From an uncultured Trueperaceae bacterium (GTDB lineage: Bacteria; Deinococcota; Deinococci; Deinococcales; Trueperaceae): DNA of 64,000 bases. The DNA lies in contig CAWFFU010000003.1 in NCBI GenBank assembly GCA_963815215.1, positions 960,001 through 1,024,000 on the forward strand, in the 5' to 3' direction. The position numbers and the translations under genes are program-made. Below the pieces are notes generated by a model that did not search any database, had not been told where the DNA came from, and worked only from the letters and a program-made list of their open reading frames with translations. Positions 8,789 to 19,076 of the stretch are shown here, piece after piece (within the stretch, counting starts at the first letter, position 1; each line of letters opens with the position of its first letter).

Positions 8789-10576
8789 CTACGCGAAGCT
8801 GACGCGGTCCAGGTCCACCAGACCGGGGATGCGGCTCTCGGCCGGGTAGACGATGTCCTTGCGGTAGACCAGGATGTCGAGCGGATGGTAGAGGAAGATG
8901 GACGCCACCTTGTCGGAGGTGAGCTTGTTCGCCTGCTGCACCAGCGCCTTGCGCTTGGCAAGGTCGGGCTGCACGCGCTCCTGTTCGGTGAGGCTGTCGA
9001 CCTCCTTGTCCGAGAAGTAGCCGAAGCTCTCGGTGGCCTTGTCGCGCTTGGGCCCGTTGAACTTCGAGGTCGTCTCCATCCAGTCGACCAGCCCGTCGTC
9101 GGGATCGTAGTCGCCGCCCGACCCGACCCGCAACAGGTCGTAGTTGTTGGCGTCGAACTCGTCGATGAGCACCGGGAAGTCCTTGGTATCGAGCTCCACG
9201 GTGATGCCCAGGTTGCGCTTGAGGATGTCGGCGATGATCTGGCCCTCGCGCCGTCCGGCCGGCGTGATGGTCAGCTTGAAGGTCGGGAAGCCCTTTCCGT
9301 CCGGGAAGCCCGCGTCCGCGAGCAGCTTCTTGGCCTCCGTGACATCGAAGCGCTGCTCGCTGGTGCCGTCGATGGCGTCGTCGTAGAAGTACCCCATGGC
9401 GGGGTTGATGCTGCCGAATGCCGGCACGCCCCGCCCGAACAGTGCGCGCTTGATCAGGTCGGCGCGGTCGAACGCCTTGGCGAGGGCAAGCCGGACCTTG
9501 AAGCCTTTCTCCTGCACCAGCTCCGAGAAGGGCTTGTTGAAGTCGGTCACCTTCATGGGATCGCGCCAGGGGTTGATCCAGAGCGACTGGAAGCCGGGAC
9601 CCGGGATCTGGCTGACCACCAGATCGGGGTTCGCCACGAAACGATCGATCAGCTCGGCCGCCGGGGGGTTGCCGCCGATGATCTGGATGTCGCCGGCCTC
9701 GATGGCGGCCGCCAGCGGCTCCGGCTCCACGATCGGGGTGATGGTCACGCGGTCCAGCTTGGGACGCGCCGGATCGTAGTAGTGCTCGAACTTCGCCAGC
9801 TCGACGCCCTGACCGAGCTGATGCGCGGTCACCTTGAAGGGCCCGGTACCGACCGGCATGAGGCCGTAGTTGGACTCGCCCATCTCCTTGATGGCACGTT
9901 GGTTGACGATCGCCATGGCACGGCCGCTGGAGCGCTCCAGCACCTTGACCAGGAACGAGGCCTGGGGCGCCTTGAGGTTGAAGCGCACGGTGTAGTCATC
10001 GACCTTGTCGACGCTGGCCACGCCCTCGAGCACGCTCGACTGGATCGACTGGTTGGGGTCCTTCGAGCGGTTGTAGGTGAACAGCACGTCGTCGGCGGTG
10101 AAGGGATCGCCGTTGTGGAAAGTGACGCCCTGGCGCAGCTTGAAGGTGTAGTGCAGGCCGTCGGACGTTACCGTCCAGTTCTCGGCGAGGTCACCTTCGG
10201 CCACCAGCTTCGGGTTGATGTGCGTCAGCCCGCTGAGCACGTTCGATGCGATCTGGAACTCCAGCACCTGGTTGATCTGGGCGGGATCGAGGGTGCGGAT
10301 CTCGCCCACGCCGGCCCAGCCCGCCTTCAGGTGACCGCCTGCAGTGCCCTGCGCGTAGGCGACGGACTCCATCCCGGGCGCGAAGCGGAGGGCGGACAGG
10401 ACGCCGGCCGCCGCCATCAGGCGAAGGACGGTTCGTCGGCTCAACCGCGGCCCGCTCAGATCCTCCACGGTCAACCCGAACAGCGGGTCCTCGGGGTCGT
10501 ACTGCTTGGCTTCGTCGATCTCGCGCTCGAGCGCCTTGCGCTCGGTGGCGTCGGCGTCCTTCCGTTTGTGGCCCAC
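8789..10576 (-). CDS. Family 5 ABC substrate-binding protein with Tat signal
   Basis: LSRRTVL twin-arginine motif, FKLRQGVTFHNG, PVGTGPF; AAGGAG RBS before GTG 10576. Confidence 0.88.
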   Translation of the reverse strand: MGHKRKDADATERKALEREIDEAKQYDPEDPLFGLTVEDLSGPRLSRRTVLRLMAAAGVLSALRFAPGMESVAYAQGTAGGHLKAGWAGVGEIRTLDPAQINQVLEFQIASNVLSGLTHINPKLVAEGDLAENWTVTSDGLHYTFKLRQGVTFHNGDPFTADDVLFTYNRSKDPNQSIQSSVLEGVASVDKVDDYTVRFNLKAPQASFLVKVLERSSGRAMAIVNQRAIKEMGESNYGLMPVGTGPFKVTAHQLGQGVELAKFEHYYDPARPKLDRVTITPIVEPEPLAAAIEAGDIQIIGGNPPAAELIDRFVANPDLVVSQIPGPGFQSLWINPWRDPMKVTDFNKPFSELVQEKGFKVRLALAKAFDRADLIKRALFGRGVPAFGSINPAMGYFYDDAIDGTSEQRFDVTEAKKLLADAGFPDGKGFPTFKLTITPAGRREGQIIADILKRNLGITVELDTKDFPVLIDEFDANNYDLLRVGSGGDYDPDDGLVDWMETTSKFNGPKRDKATESFGYFSDKEVDSLTEQERVQPDLAKRKALVQQANKLTSDKVASIFLYHPLDILVYRKDIVYPAESRIPGLVDLDRVSFA

Positions 10577-10751
10577 GACTCGCTCCTTGTCCCGATCTCC
10601 TTGGGCCGCGCGCCGCGGCCCGTCGAACGTGTGTCCTCTCGTCCACTCCTGGGTGCCGCTCGGGGCGTACCCGCCTCCCTCCCACAGGCTCGCTGCCGGT
10701 CTCCCTGCCACCATGCGGAGCGCCACCACGCCCGTCGCGACCGCGCCGGGA

Positions 10752-10856
10752 GGATATTGCGCATGGTGATACAAGTAAACGCAGAATCTTACGCATTGTC
10801 AACCTGAGCACGTCTCGTTATGCTGGATGCGTCGACATGGGCGTAAAGTTCCGCGC
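10752..10856. promoter_or_regulatory. Divergent promoter region for the ABC operon and Lrp gene, with possible Lrp operators
   Basis: AT-rich patch; TTGACA on - strand (10797-10802); TATGCT on + strand (10819-10824); related motifs gcgtaagattctgcg (-) and gcgtaaagttccgcg (+). Confidence 0.45.
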
Positions 10857-10867
10857 AAGGAGGTCGC

Positions 10868-11359
10868 ATGCATCTCGACGATCTCGACAAGGCGATCATC
10901 GTCGCCCTGGAGGATGATGGGCGCCGCCCCTTCCGGGACATCGCCCGGGACCTGGAGGTGGCCGAGAGCACCGTGCGCTCGCGCGTCGCACGCCTCCAGG
11001 AACGCCGGCTGATCCACATCACCGCGGTGGGGGACCCGCTACAGCTCGGCGTCGAGGCGGCTGCGATCATCCTGGTCCGGGTCCGACCGGGCACCGTCTT
11101 GCGCACGGCCGCCGACCTCGCCAAGCTCCCCTACGTGCGGTTCGTGGGCACGTCGTTCGGGCAGGCCGACATCATCCTCCAGACGCTGCACAGCAGCGTC
11201 AAGGCACTTCACACCTTCGTGTCCAACGAGCTCCCCTCACGCTGCCCCGACATCACCAGCACCGAGACGTTCCAGCTCGCCGAGGTCCTCAAGAGCTCGT
11301 GGGACTGGCGCGAGTGGTTCGCCCAGAGTGAACGCGAAGAGGCTTCCGCTGGGCATTGA
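10868..11359 (+). CDS. Lrp/AsnC family transcriptional regulator
   Basis: LDDLDKAII..LEDDGRRPFRDIA..L...ESTVRSRV HTH; AAGGAGG RBS. Confidence 0.92.
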   Translation: MHLDDLDKAIIVALEDDGRRPFRDIARDLEVAESTVRSRVARLQERRLIHITAVGDPLQLGVEAAAIILVRVRPGTVLRTAADLAKLPYVRFVGTSFGQADIILQTLHSSVKALHTFVSNELPSRCPDITSTETFQLAEVLKSSWDWREWFAQSEREEASAGH

Positions 11360-11384
11360 GCTTGGGCGCCGGCGGGCCGCGCCC

Positions 11385-11855
11385 TCAATCGTGCGACGCC
11401 GGGGGCGCGTTGGCGGCCCGTGCCGCCAGCGGTCCCGCGCCGGCCACGCCAAGGGCGTAGTACAGCGCCAGCAGAGCCCACAGCACCAGCACCGGCAGGC
11501 CGCGCTGGCCGGTGGCCAGCGCCAGCGCCGCGAACCACGCCGGCGTCGACAGGATCACGGCGCCCAGCAGCACCGCCGACAGTGCACGCCGGCGATCGTC
11601 GCCACGGCCGGCGATGCCGGCGAGTACGGCCCCCAGGGGCAACTCGGCTACCGATAGCAGCACCAGCACCCACCCCAGCAGGGCGCTCGGGCGCGTGTGC
11701 ACCTCGGTGACCAGGCGCACGACCACGGCGAGCAGCATGGCCACTACCATCTGTCCCAGGAACATCGTGGCGAACACCGCGCGCAACGCCGCCGCCGCTT
11801 GGGAACGGCGAAGATCCGGATCCAGAAGGTAGCGTTCTATACCGGGTAGACGCAT
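11385..11855 (-). CDS. Hypothetical membrane protein (about 4 TM)
   Basis: Four hydrophobic segments; fills the gap between convergent genes; start uncertain. Confidence 0.65.
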   Translation of the reverse strand: MRLPGIERYLLDPDLRRSQAAAALRAVFATMFLGQMVVAMLLAVVVRLVTEVHTRPSALLGWVLVLLSVAELPLGAVLAGIAGRGDDRRRALSAVLLGAVILSTPAWFAALALATGQRGLPVLVLWALLALYYALGVAGAGPLAARAANAPPASHD

Positions 11856-11945
11856 CGTCAGGGTTCCGCTCCGGGCGGTGGGCCCCTTCACCGCCGGGAG
11901 CGGCTCCCGCCCCGCCGGCACGGCCACGCGTCCCGAACGGCTACT

Positions 11946-13322
11946 CTACCGCAGCCCCGCCCGGGACGCTCGCAGGGCGCCACCGTATCGGCGCCGCAGC
12001 AAGCGGACGAAGCGCGTCGCCAGCAGCAGCGCAGCCGTCGCCAGGCCGGCGACGAGGCCGTACCACAGCCCCGAGGAACCGACGCCGGCACCGAAGGCGA
12101 GTCCGAGGCCGACCGGCACCCCCACGGCCCAGTACGCGACCGCCGTCAGCAGCATCGGCACCCGTGTGTCCTTGAGGCCCCGCAGGGCTCCCGACGCGGC
12201 CACCTGGGTGCCATCGAACACCTGGAAGATCGCCGCGATCGCCAGGAAGCGACGCGCGAACGCCACCACCTCGGCGTTGGCGGGCGCGTGAACCGGTAGG
12301 TAGAGCCCGATCACGACGTCGGGCACACCCCAGAACAGCGCCGCCGAGCCCACCATGAACAGGGCGCTCAGCGTCATCCCGGCCACGCCGCCGCGAACGA
12401 TGCCGTGCGCATCGTCCCTGCCCACCGCCTGACCGACCCGGATCCCGGCGGCGATGCTCACGCCGAGCGGCACCATGAAGGTCGTCGACGCGCTCTGCAG
12501 CGCGATCTGATGGCCGGCCAGCGCAGCCTCCCCGAAGCGACCCATGAGCAGCGCGGTGAGCCAGAACAGGCCCACCTCGAAACCCAGCGTCAGGCTGATG
12601 GGCCAGCCGACGCGCACGAGCTCCTTGAGGGTGGCCGGATCGGGCTGCCGCATCCCTGCGAACACGCGGTACGAGCGGTAGCGCGCGCGTACGTAGAAGG
12701 CGATGATCGAGGTCATCACCGCGTACACCAGCGATGTGGCGTAGCCCGTGCCCACCAGCCCGAGCGCAGGGAGGCCGAGTCGACCGAACATGAGGACGTC
12801 GTTGGCTACCACGTTGAGGCCCACCCCGATGGCGGCCACGACCAGGATGGGGCGGGTGTCGCCGTGACCCTCCAGCAGGCCCCGCAGAGCGGTGAACCCG
12901 AGCGCGAACGGGAACCCCCATGCCATCGCCCGCAGGTAACCGGCGGCGGCGGCGGCCGTGACCGCGTCCTGCCCCGCGAGCCGCAGCAACGGGCCGGCCT
13001 GCACGAACACGACCACGCCGAGCAGCGACAACGCCAGCGCCATCCACAGCCCCTGACGTACGGCCCGCGCGGCCTCCTCCGGACGTTTCGCGCCGTGCGC
13101 CTGGGCCACCATCGGCCCGACCGCGAACAGGACCCCCATGCACACGATGAACACGAAGCTGAACGTGGCGCCGCCGAGCGCGATGCCGGCCAGCTCGCGC
13201 GGGCCCAGTCTCCCCACCATGAGTGTGTCCACCACGCTCATGCCGTTCTGCGCCAGTTGCGCCACGACCAGCGGCGCGGCCAGTCGGCTCAGCTCCCGGA
13301 ACTCCCTTCGCCACAGCGCCAC
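11946..13322 (-). CDS. MATE family efflux transporter (NorM-like)
   Basis: VDTLMVGRLG, GHQIAL, GALRGLKDTR; probable leaderless GTG at 13322 after TATGGT. Confidence 0.92.
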   Translation of the reverse strand: MALWRREFRELSRLAAPLVVAQLAQNGMSVVDTLMVGRLGPRELAGIALGGATFSFVFIVCMGVLFAVGPMVAQAHGAKRPEEAARAVRQGLWMALALSLLGVVVFVQAGPLLRLAGQDAVTAAAAAGYLRAMAWGFPFALGFTALRGLLEGHGDTRPILVVAAIGVGLNVVANDVLMFGRLGLPALGLVGTGYATSLVYAVMTSIIAFYVRARYRSYRVFAGMRQPDPATLKELVRVGWPISLTLGFEVGLFWLTALLMGRFGEAALAGHQIALQSASTTFMVPLGVSIAAGIRVGQAVGRDDAHGIVRGGVAGMTLSALFMVGSAALFWGVPDVVIGLYLPVHAPANAEVVAFARRFLAIAAIFQVFDGTQVAASGALRGLKDTRVPMLLTAVAYWAVGVPVGLGLAFGAGVGSSGLWYGLVAGLATAALLLATRFVRLLRRRYGGALRASRAGLR

Positions 13323-13375
13323 GGTTGCCCACCATACCGCCGGCGCCACGGGCCCTGCGCACCGGCGTCAGCCAA

Positions 13376-13407
13376 GCGAGGCGCCCCGGAGTTCCGGGGC
13401 GCCTCGC
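13376..13407 (-). terminator. 15-bp perfect inverted repeat downstream of hsp20
   Basis: gcgaggcgccccgga-gt-tccggggcgcctcgc. Confidence 0.55.
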
Positions 13408-13447
13408 GAGTTCAGCGGGTCGAGCGCAGCCGTCGGGCAGCGCGTAC

Positions 13448-13885
13448 CTAATCGATGGCGATCTTGTGGACCTTGGCCTCCGCCAGCTTCGGCATGGTGA
13501 GCGTGAGCATGCCGTCGACCACGTGCGCCTGGATCCGGTCGACCTCGACCGCCGCGGGCAACTTCACGGTGCGGCTGACGTCGCCCCGCGGGATGCTCTG
13601 GAGCCAGTAGCGGCGGGAATCCTCCTCGGGTTCGGGCAGGCGCCCACGCACGCTGAGCTGCCGCCCTTCGATGCTGATGTCCAGGTCTTCGGTCTTGACG
13701 CCGGGCACCGCCATCTCCAGGACCAACTCACCGTCGGTCTCGTAGAGGTCGATGGGGTAACCCAGCCACTCGCTACGGCCAGGGAACGGCGCCGCGAACT
13801 CGCCCAGCATCCGGTCGAACCCCTCGAAGGGATCGAGCGCGAAACGCCGTATGGGAAGGGTACGAGCATTGCGAACCAGTGCCAT
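13448..13885 (-). CDS. Hsp20/alpha-crystallin small heat-shock protein
   Basis: PIDLYET, PGV, DGMLTLTMPK; AGGAGG RBS before ATG 13885. Confidence 0.9.
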   Translation of the reverse strand: MALVRNARTLPIRRFALDPFEGFDRMLGEFAAPFPGRSEWLGYPIDLYETDGELVLEMAVPGVKTEDLDISIEGRQLSVRGRLPEPEEDSRRYWLQSIPRGDVSRTVKLPAAVEVDRIQAHVVDGMLTLTMPKLAEAKVHKIAID

Positions 13886-13960
13886 GGTGATACCTCCTAG
13901 CGGATCCGGTCTCGGACGGGGCGACACCGGCGACACCGGGGATCGGCCCCTACACCCCAG

Positions 13961-13991
13961 AGTATAGAAATCTGAGTGCTGTCATGTCAAG
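13961..13991 (-). promoter_or_regulatory. Sigma70 promoter of hsp20 overlapped by a HAIR-like (HspR) operator
   Basis: TTGACA-N18-TATACT; CTTGACA-N7-ACTCAGA versus HAIR CTTGAGT-N7-ACTCAAG (10/14). Confidence 0.65.
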
Positions 13992-14050
13992 TCTCTTGCT
14001 GACTCAGCCTGCATGATACCTGACCACGGCGCCTCCGCGAGGGAAGCGGC

Positions 14051-14737
14051 TCACCAGGGCAGATTGAAGCCCCCGTGGTGCTCGCTTCGGTAGTAGTCGT
14101 CGATCTCGTCGGCGATGGTGCTGACGTCGTCGACCACCTTGAACAGGTGGAGGTCGCGCTCGCTGATCGTGCCCATGCGCAGCAGCGTCCCCTGCAGCCA
14201 CTGCAACAGCCCGCGCCAGAACTCCACACCGATGAGGTAGACGGGGAACGGCTTGATCTTGCGCGTCTGGATGAGCGTGAGCGCCTCGAACAGCTCGTCG
14301 ATCGTGCCGAACCCGCCCGGGAACACCACGAACGCGGTCGAGTACTTCACCAGCATGACCTTGCGCACGAAGAAGTACTTGAACTTGAGGCTGTCGGTCT
14401 GGAAGGCGTTGGGCCGCTGCTCGTGTGGCAGGTCGACATTGAGCCCGATGCTGCGTCCTTCGGCCTCGATGGCTCCCTGGTTACCGGCCTCCATGATGCC
14501 GGGACCGCCGCCCGTAAGGATGGCGTAGCCGGAACGGGCCAGGGCGGCCGCCAGCTCGCGCGCCTTGCCGTAGGTCTCGGTCTGTTCGTCCATGCGCGCC
14601 GAACCGAAGATCGTGACGGCCTTGCCGACGTCGGCCATCTCCTCGAAACCCTGCACGAACTCGCCCATGATCCGGAACATCCGCCACGAGTCCTCCGCGA
14701 GGGCATCGATGACGTATTGCTTCTCCAGATTGTCCAT
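14051..14737 (-). CDS. LOG-family (Rossmann-fold) nucleotide phosphoribohydrolase
   Basis: FGSAR, TGGGPGIMEA, YFFVRKVM, PGGFGTIDE. Confidence 0.92.
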   Translation of the reverse strand: MDNLEKQYVIDALAEDSWRMFRIMGEFVQGFEEMADVGKAVTIFGSARMDEQTETYGKARELAAALARSGYAILTGGGPGIMEAGNQGAIEAEGRSIGLNVDLPHEQRPNAFQTDSLKFKYFFVRKVMLVKYSTAFVVFPGGFGTIDELFEALTLIQTRKIKPFPVYLIGVEFWRGLLQWLQGTLLRMGTISERDLHLFKVVDDVSTIADEIDDYYRSEHHGGFNLPW

Positions 14738-14801
14738 GCTCCATGCTACCGAGCCCCGTGCGAAGCCCGTGTGAAGCGGCCATGCGCCCAACAGGCACGC
14801 G

Positions 14802-15425
14802 CTAAGGCAGCGACAGCAACGCCGTCAGGTCGGGCTCCAAGCGGTCCGGCCGCGCCGCCGAGAGCACGTCGGCACCCTGCGTTCCCCAGGTGACGGCGTA
14901 CGTCTTCAACCCCGCCGCCTGCCCCGCACGGATATCCCCGACCGTGTCACCGACCATCCAGGCGCCCCGGCCACCCACCGCCGCGAGTGAACGCAGCACC
15001 ACGTCGGGCGCCGGCTTGTAGGGAGCTGCGTCGGTTCCCTCCACGTGGTCGAGCACAGAGCCCAGCCCGGTCGCCTCCACCAGCCGGCGCGCCGTCTCGG
15101 TGCGCTTGGTGCTCGCCACCGTGCGCAGGTAGCCGCGCGCGCCCAGCTCGGTGAGCAACCCGGGCACGCCCGGGAACGGCCGGGTCCGATCGGCGAGGTG
15201 CTCGGCGTAGTGGGCGCGGTAGCGCCGGCACAGCGCGTCGACGCGCTCGGCCGGCGCGAAGGCGCCGTACATCGCCTCCAGCGGCTGGCCGAGCGTCACG
15301 CGGGCCGCGCTCTCATCGGGCGCAGGTAGGCCCTCGCGCTCGAACGCATGCAGGAAGCTTCGCAGGATGTCGGACAGGGAATCGACGAGAGTCCCGTCCA
15401 GGTCGAAAACGATCACGGGGCGCAT
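14802..15425 (-). CDS. HAD-family hydrolase (phosphoglycolate phosphatase-like)
   Basis: FDLDGTLVDS, KPAP, MVGDT..DI. Confidence 0.9.
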   Translation of the reverse strand: MRPVIVFDLDGTLVDSLSDILRSFLHAFEREGLPAPDESAARVTLGQPLEAMYGAFAPAERVDALCRRYRAHYAEHLADRTRPFPGVPGLLTELGARGYLRTVASTKRTETARRLVEATGLGSVLDHVEGTDAAPYKPAPDVVLRSLAAVGGRGAWMVGDTVGDIRAGQAAGLKTYAVTWGTQGADVLSAARPDRLEPDLTALLSLP

Positions 15426-15460
15426 GGCCGACAGTATGCCACGGCGCGGCTGCCGCGCCG

Positions 15461-17812
15461 TTACGAGCGCAGGTGGGCGACGGTGACGCCATGGCCGCCT
15501 TCGTAGGGCACCGCGTCCTCGAAGCGCTCGATGCGCTTGTCCCCCCTCAGGTAGGTGCGAACGGCATCCCTCAGGGCGCCCGTCCCCTTGCCGTGAAGGA
15601 TCCTCACCGCCCCGATCTTCAAGGCGTGCGCCTCGGTGACGAAGTCGCGCAGCTTCTCCAATCCCGCCTCAACGCGCTCGCCGCGGATGTTCAGCTCCGC
15701 GTCGAAGCGACCGAGCGCGGTGTCGGAGGCGGCGTCCGGCGCGCCGGCCAGCGGCGCCGGCCGGCGCTCGCCCGTACCCTCGCGCGGCGCGGCCGGCGTG
15801 ACCTCGCGGCGGGGCACCTCCACCTTGAGCAAGCCGAGCTGGACCAGCACCGTGTCGCCACGATCCTCCAGGATCGGCCCCTCGGCGTTGTAGGAAGCCA
15901 CGCGTACCTGCGCTCCCGGCCTCAAACCCGCCGACGCCGGCTTCGGAGCCCGGGCCTCCGCCCGGGTCCGGGTCTCGCGCCTCAGTTGCTGGATCTCCTC
16001 CAAGGCGCGCGAGCGCTGCTGGGGCTCGGTGGTCGCGGTGCGCTTGAGGCGCGCCGCCTGCTGAAGGGTGTCCTGCAGCAGGCTGTCGGCCCGCTCGGCA
16101 GCCTCGGCCAGCAGCGCCTCCTCGCGCTCCCGCAATCGCTCGATCTCGCCCCGCAGCAGCTCGGCCTCGCCCCGCGCACGTTCTCCCGCCGCCCGCGCAT
16201 CTTCGAGCTCCTGCCGAAGCTCGCCACGTTGCGACTCCAGCGTCTCCAGCAGGGCTTCGAGCCGCTCCCCGGACGGTCCGAGCAACGCCGAGGCACGCGC
16301 CAGGAGCGCCTCCCCCAGCCCCAGGCGACCGGCGATCGACAGTGCGTAGGAGCGTCCCGGCTGGCCGACGACCAGCTCGTAGGTCGGCACCAGCGCATCC
16401 ACATCGAAGCGCATCGCAGCGTTGCGTACGCCTGCGGTCTGCGACGCGAACACCTTGAGGGGAGCGAGGTGGGTCGTCACCAGGCCCCGCGCGCCCCGCT
16501 CCAGCACCCCCTCCAGGATCGCCTGCGAGAGGGCGGCGCCCTCGTCGGGATCGGTGCCGGAGCCGAGCTCGTCGATCAGCACCAGGGTGCGCTCGTTGGC
16601 TCGCTCCACCACTGCCTTGAGATTGTGGAGGTGGCCGGCGTAGGTGCTCAGGCTGGCCTCGATGCTCTGCTCGTCCCCGATGTCGCTCAGCAGCGCGTCG
16701 ACCCGCGGGAGCCGGGGCGCCTGTCGCCGCGCTCCGCCGCCGGCGCGCGCCGGCCCACCGGCCGCCACGAAGAGCCCGCTCGCCGCCATCACCGCCGCCA
16801 GCCCGAGGGTCTTGAGGAGCACCGTCTTGCCGCCGGCGTTCGGTCCGGTCACCACCAGCAGGCGGTGCTCCGCGGACAGCTCGAGCGTGTTGGGCACGCA
16901 GCCCTCGATGAGCGGGTGGCGGGCGTCGGGGAGCACCACGCCTCCGGCCTCGTCGATCTCGGGGCGGGCGAGGCGCCAGTCGCGGGCGAGGCGGGCGCTG
17001 GCGTTGGCGAGATCGAGCTCCGCCACGACCTCGAGGGACTCGTCGACGGCCGGCTCGGCCGCCAGCCGTTGCCCCAACGCCAGCAGGATGCGCCGGACCT
17101 CGTCCCGCTCCTCCATCTCCAACAACGCCAGCTCGTTGTTCATGGGCACCACCGACGCCGGCTCGATGAAGACGGTGGCCCCCGAATCGCTACGGTCCAC
17201 CGCGATGCCGGGCACGCTCGATTGCGCACTCGCCCGGATGGGGATGACGTAGCGGTCGCGCCTCAAGGTGACGATGGGCTCCTGCACGCTGCCGGCGTGG
17301 GTCTCCAGGAGCCGTGTCAGGCGCTCGCGGATGCGCCCCCTCAACGGCTGCAGGCGACGCCGGACGTCGGCCAGCTTGGGTGTAGCGTCGTCACGGACGT
17401 TGCCGTCGGGGTCGAGCTGCTCGCGGACCACACGCAGCACCCCATCGAAACTCCCGATGCGGGCGGCCAGCGCCGCCAGCGCGGGCCGCCCGCTGCCCTG
17501 AACGGAGCGCCGCAGCGTGGACGCCGCGTCCAGCGTGTAGGCCACCGACAGGATCTCGCGTCCCTCGAGCAGGTTGCCCGCCCGCACGCGCTCCAGCAAC
17601 GGCCGCACGTCCTCGATGCCGCCGAGCGACAGGTCGCCGCCCACCACCACCTCGTCCACGCGCGTCAGCGCCGCGTCGAGCGCATCCTGACCGAGCGTGG
17701 GCACCACGGCCAGAGCCCGTTCGACGCCCAGGCGCGTGGCCGCTCGCTCCGCCAGGGCCGCCCTCACGCGCCCGAACGATAGCTTCTCCAGGGTGGCGTC
17801 CGAGACCTTCAC
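15461..17812 (-). CDS. mutS2: MutS2 (Smr-domain) protein
   Basis: SGATVFIEP, Walker A GPNAGGKT, DELGSGTDP, coiled coil, C-terminal Smr ILHGKGTG; GTG start 17812. Confidence 0.93.
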   Translation of the reverse strand: MKVSDATLEKLSFGRVRAALAERAATRLGVERALAVVPTLGQDALDAALTRVDEVVVGGDLSLGGIEDVRPLLERVRAGNLLEGREILSVAYTLDAASTLRRSVQGSGRPALAALAARIGSFDGVLRVVREQLDPDGNVRDDATPKLADVRRRLQPLRGRIRERLTRLLETHAGSVQEPIVTLRRDRYVIPIRASAQSSVPGIAVDRSDSGATVFIEPASVVPMNNELALLEMEERDEVRRILLALGQRLAAEPAVDESLEVVAELDLANASARLARDWRLARPEIDEAGGVVLPDARHPLIEGCVPNTLELSAEHRLLVVTGPNAGGKTVLLKTLGLAAVMAASGLFVAAGGPARAGGGARRQAPRLPRVDALLSDIGDEQSIEASLSTYAGHLHNLKAVVERANERTLVLIDELGSGTDPDEGAALSQAILEGVLERGARGLVTTHLAPLKVFASQTAGVRNAAMRFDVDALVPTYELVVGQPGRSYALSIAGRLGLGEALLARASALLGPSGERLEALLETLESQRGELRQELEDARAAGERARGEAELLRGEIERLREREEALLAEAAERADSLLQDTLQQAARLKRTATTEPQQRSRALEEIQQLRRETRTRAEARAPKPASAGLRPGAQVRVASYNAEGPILEDRGDTVLVQLGLLKVEVPRREVTPAAPREGTGERRPAPLAGAPDAASDTALGRFDAELNIRGERVEAGLEKLRDFVTEAHALKIGAVRILHGKGTGALRDAVRTYLRGDKRIERFEDAVPYEGGHGVTVAHLRS

Positions 17813-17972
17813 AGCGCGCACAGTATACGGCGGCGATGAAGCAGTGGCCGGCAACGGGACCCGGGTCGATCGGCGAGGGAGGCCGCCTGGCGCATGCCGA
17901 GCGGGTGTCAACGCTCCCCGCCCACGGTAGGCTGGCGCCTGTCGGGACGGACCGCAAGCACAAGGAGACGCC

Positions 17973-19010
17973 ATGCGAGCAGCACAGTACGACACCTACC
18001 GGGCTCCCCTGCACATCGTGGACCATGCCGATCCCGAGCCCGGCCTCGACGGCGCCGTGGTGCGCGTCCGCGCCAGCGGAGTGTGCCGCAGCGACTGGCA
18101 CGCCTGGATGGGGCACGACGCCTCGGTGACGCCGCCCCACGTGCCCGGTCACGAGTTCGCCGGCGAAGTGGTGGCCGTGGGTCCCGGGGTGCGAGACGTG
18201 CGCGTCGGCGACCGGGCGACGGCACCCTTCTGCTGCGGCTGCGGCCACTGCGAGGAGTGCCGGACGGGCCACCAGAACCTCTGCCACCACGAGTACCAGC
18301 CGGGCTTCGATGGCCCCGGCTCGTTCGCCGAGTACGTGTTCGTGCCACACGCCGACGTGAACATCGTGCGGCTCCCCGAGGGTCTCGGCTTCGACGAGGC
18401 GGCCAGCCTGGGCTGCCGCTTCATGACATCGTTCGCGGCGCTGATCGACAAGGCGCGCCTCGCCGCCGGAGAGTCGCTGGTAGTGGTCGGTTGCGGCGGG
18501 GTCGGTCTCTGCGCCGTGATGATCGGCGCGGCGCTCGGCGCCAACGTGATCGCGGTCGACCTCGACGAAGGTCGCCTCGCCAGGGCGCTCGAGCTCGGGG
18601 CCCACGCCGTGGTTCCGGCCCGCGACGGCGATCCGACGGCGGCCGTGCTCGAGCTGACGGCCGGGGGCGCACACGTATCGCTCGACGCCGTGGGCTCGCC
18701 TGCCACCGCCGCGCAGTCGGTGCGCAGCCTGCGCCGCCGCGGCCGCCACGTTCAGGTGGGGTTGCTCCTGGCAGACGATGCCTTCCCGCCGATGCCGATG
18801 CTCGAGGTCATCAAGCGCGAGCTGGTGGTGACCGGCGTCCACGGCATGGCCGCCAGCCGCTACCGGGACCTGCTCGCCTTCGTGACCCACGCCGACCTCG
18901 ATGTCGGACGGCTGATCGGGAAGCGCATCGCGCTCGCCGACGCCGGCACCGAGCTGGCCGCCATGGGCGACTTCGCGCAGCAGGGGCTTAGCATCATCGA
19001 TCGTTTCTGA
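17973..19010 (+). CDS. Zinc-dependent alcohol dehydrogenase
   Basis: GVCRSDWH, PGHE, CGCGHCEEC...C structural Zn, GCGGVG. Confidence 0.92.
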   Translation: MRAAQYDTYRAPLHIVDHADPEPGLDGAVVRVRASGVCRSDWHAWMGHDASVTPPHVPGHEFAGEVVAVGPGVRDVRVGDRATAPFCCGCGHCEECRTGHQNLCHHEYQPGFDGPGSFAEYVFVPHADVNIVRLPEGLGFDEAASLGCRFMTSFAALIDKARLAAGESLVVVGCGGVGLCAVMIGAALGANVIAVDLDEGRLARALELGAHAVVPARDGDPTAAVLELTAGGAHVSLDAVGSPATAAQSVRSLRRRGRHVQVGLLLADDAFPPMPMLEVIKRELVVTGVHGMAASRYRDLLAFVTHADLDVGRLIGKRIALADAGTELAAMGDFAQQGLSIIDRF

Positions 19011-19076
19011 GAGGGCGCGTGCATGGCCCGCGGCACCTGCGCCGCGGGCCAGGACCGGCGTGGGTCATGCGTGGCC

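Noticed and set aside
8459..17782. Long + strand ORFs 8459..10807 and 15473..17782
   Set aside because: Mirror frames of the SBP and mutS2 genes
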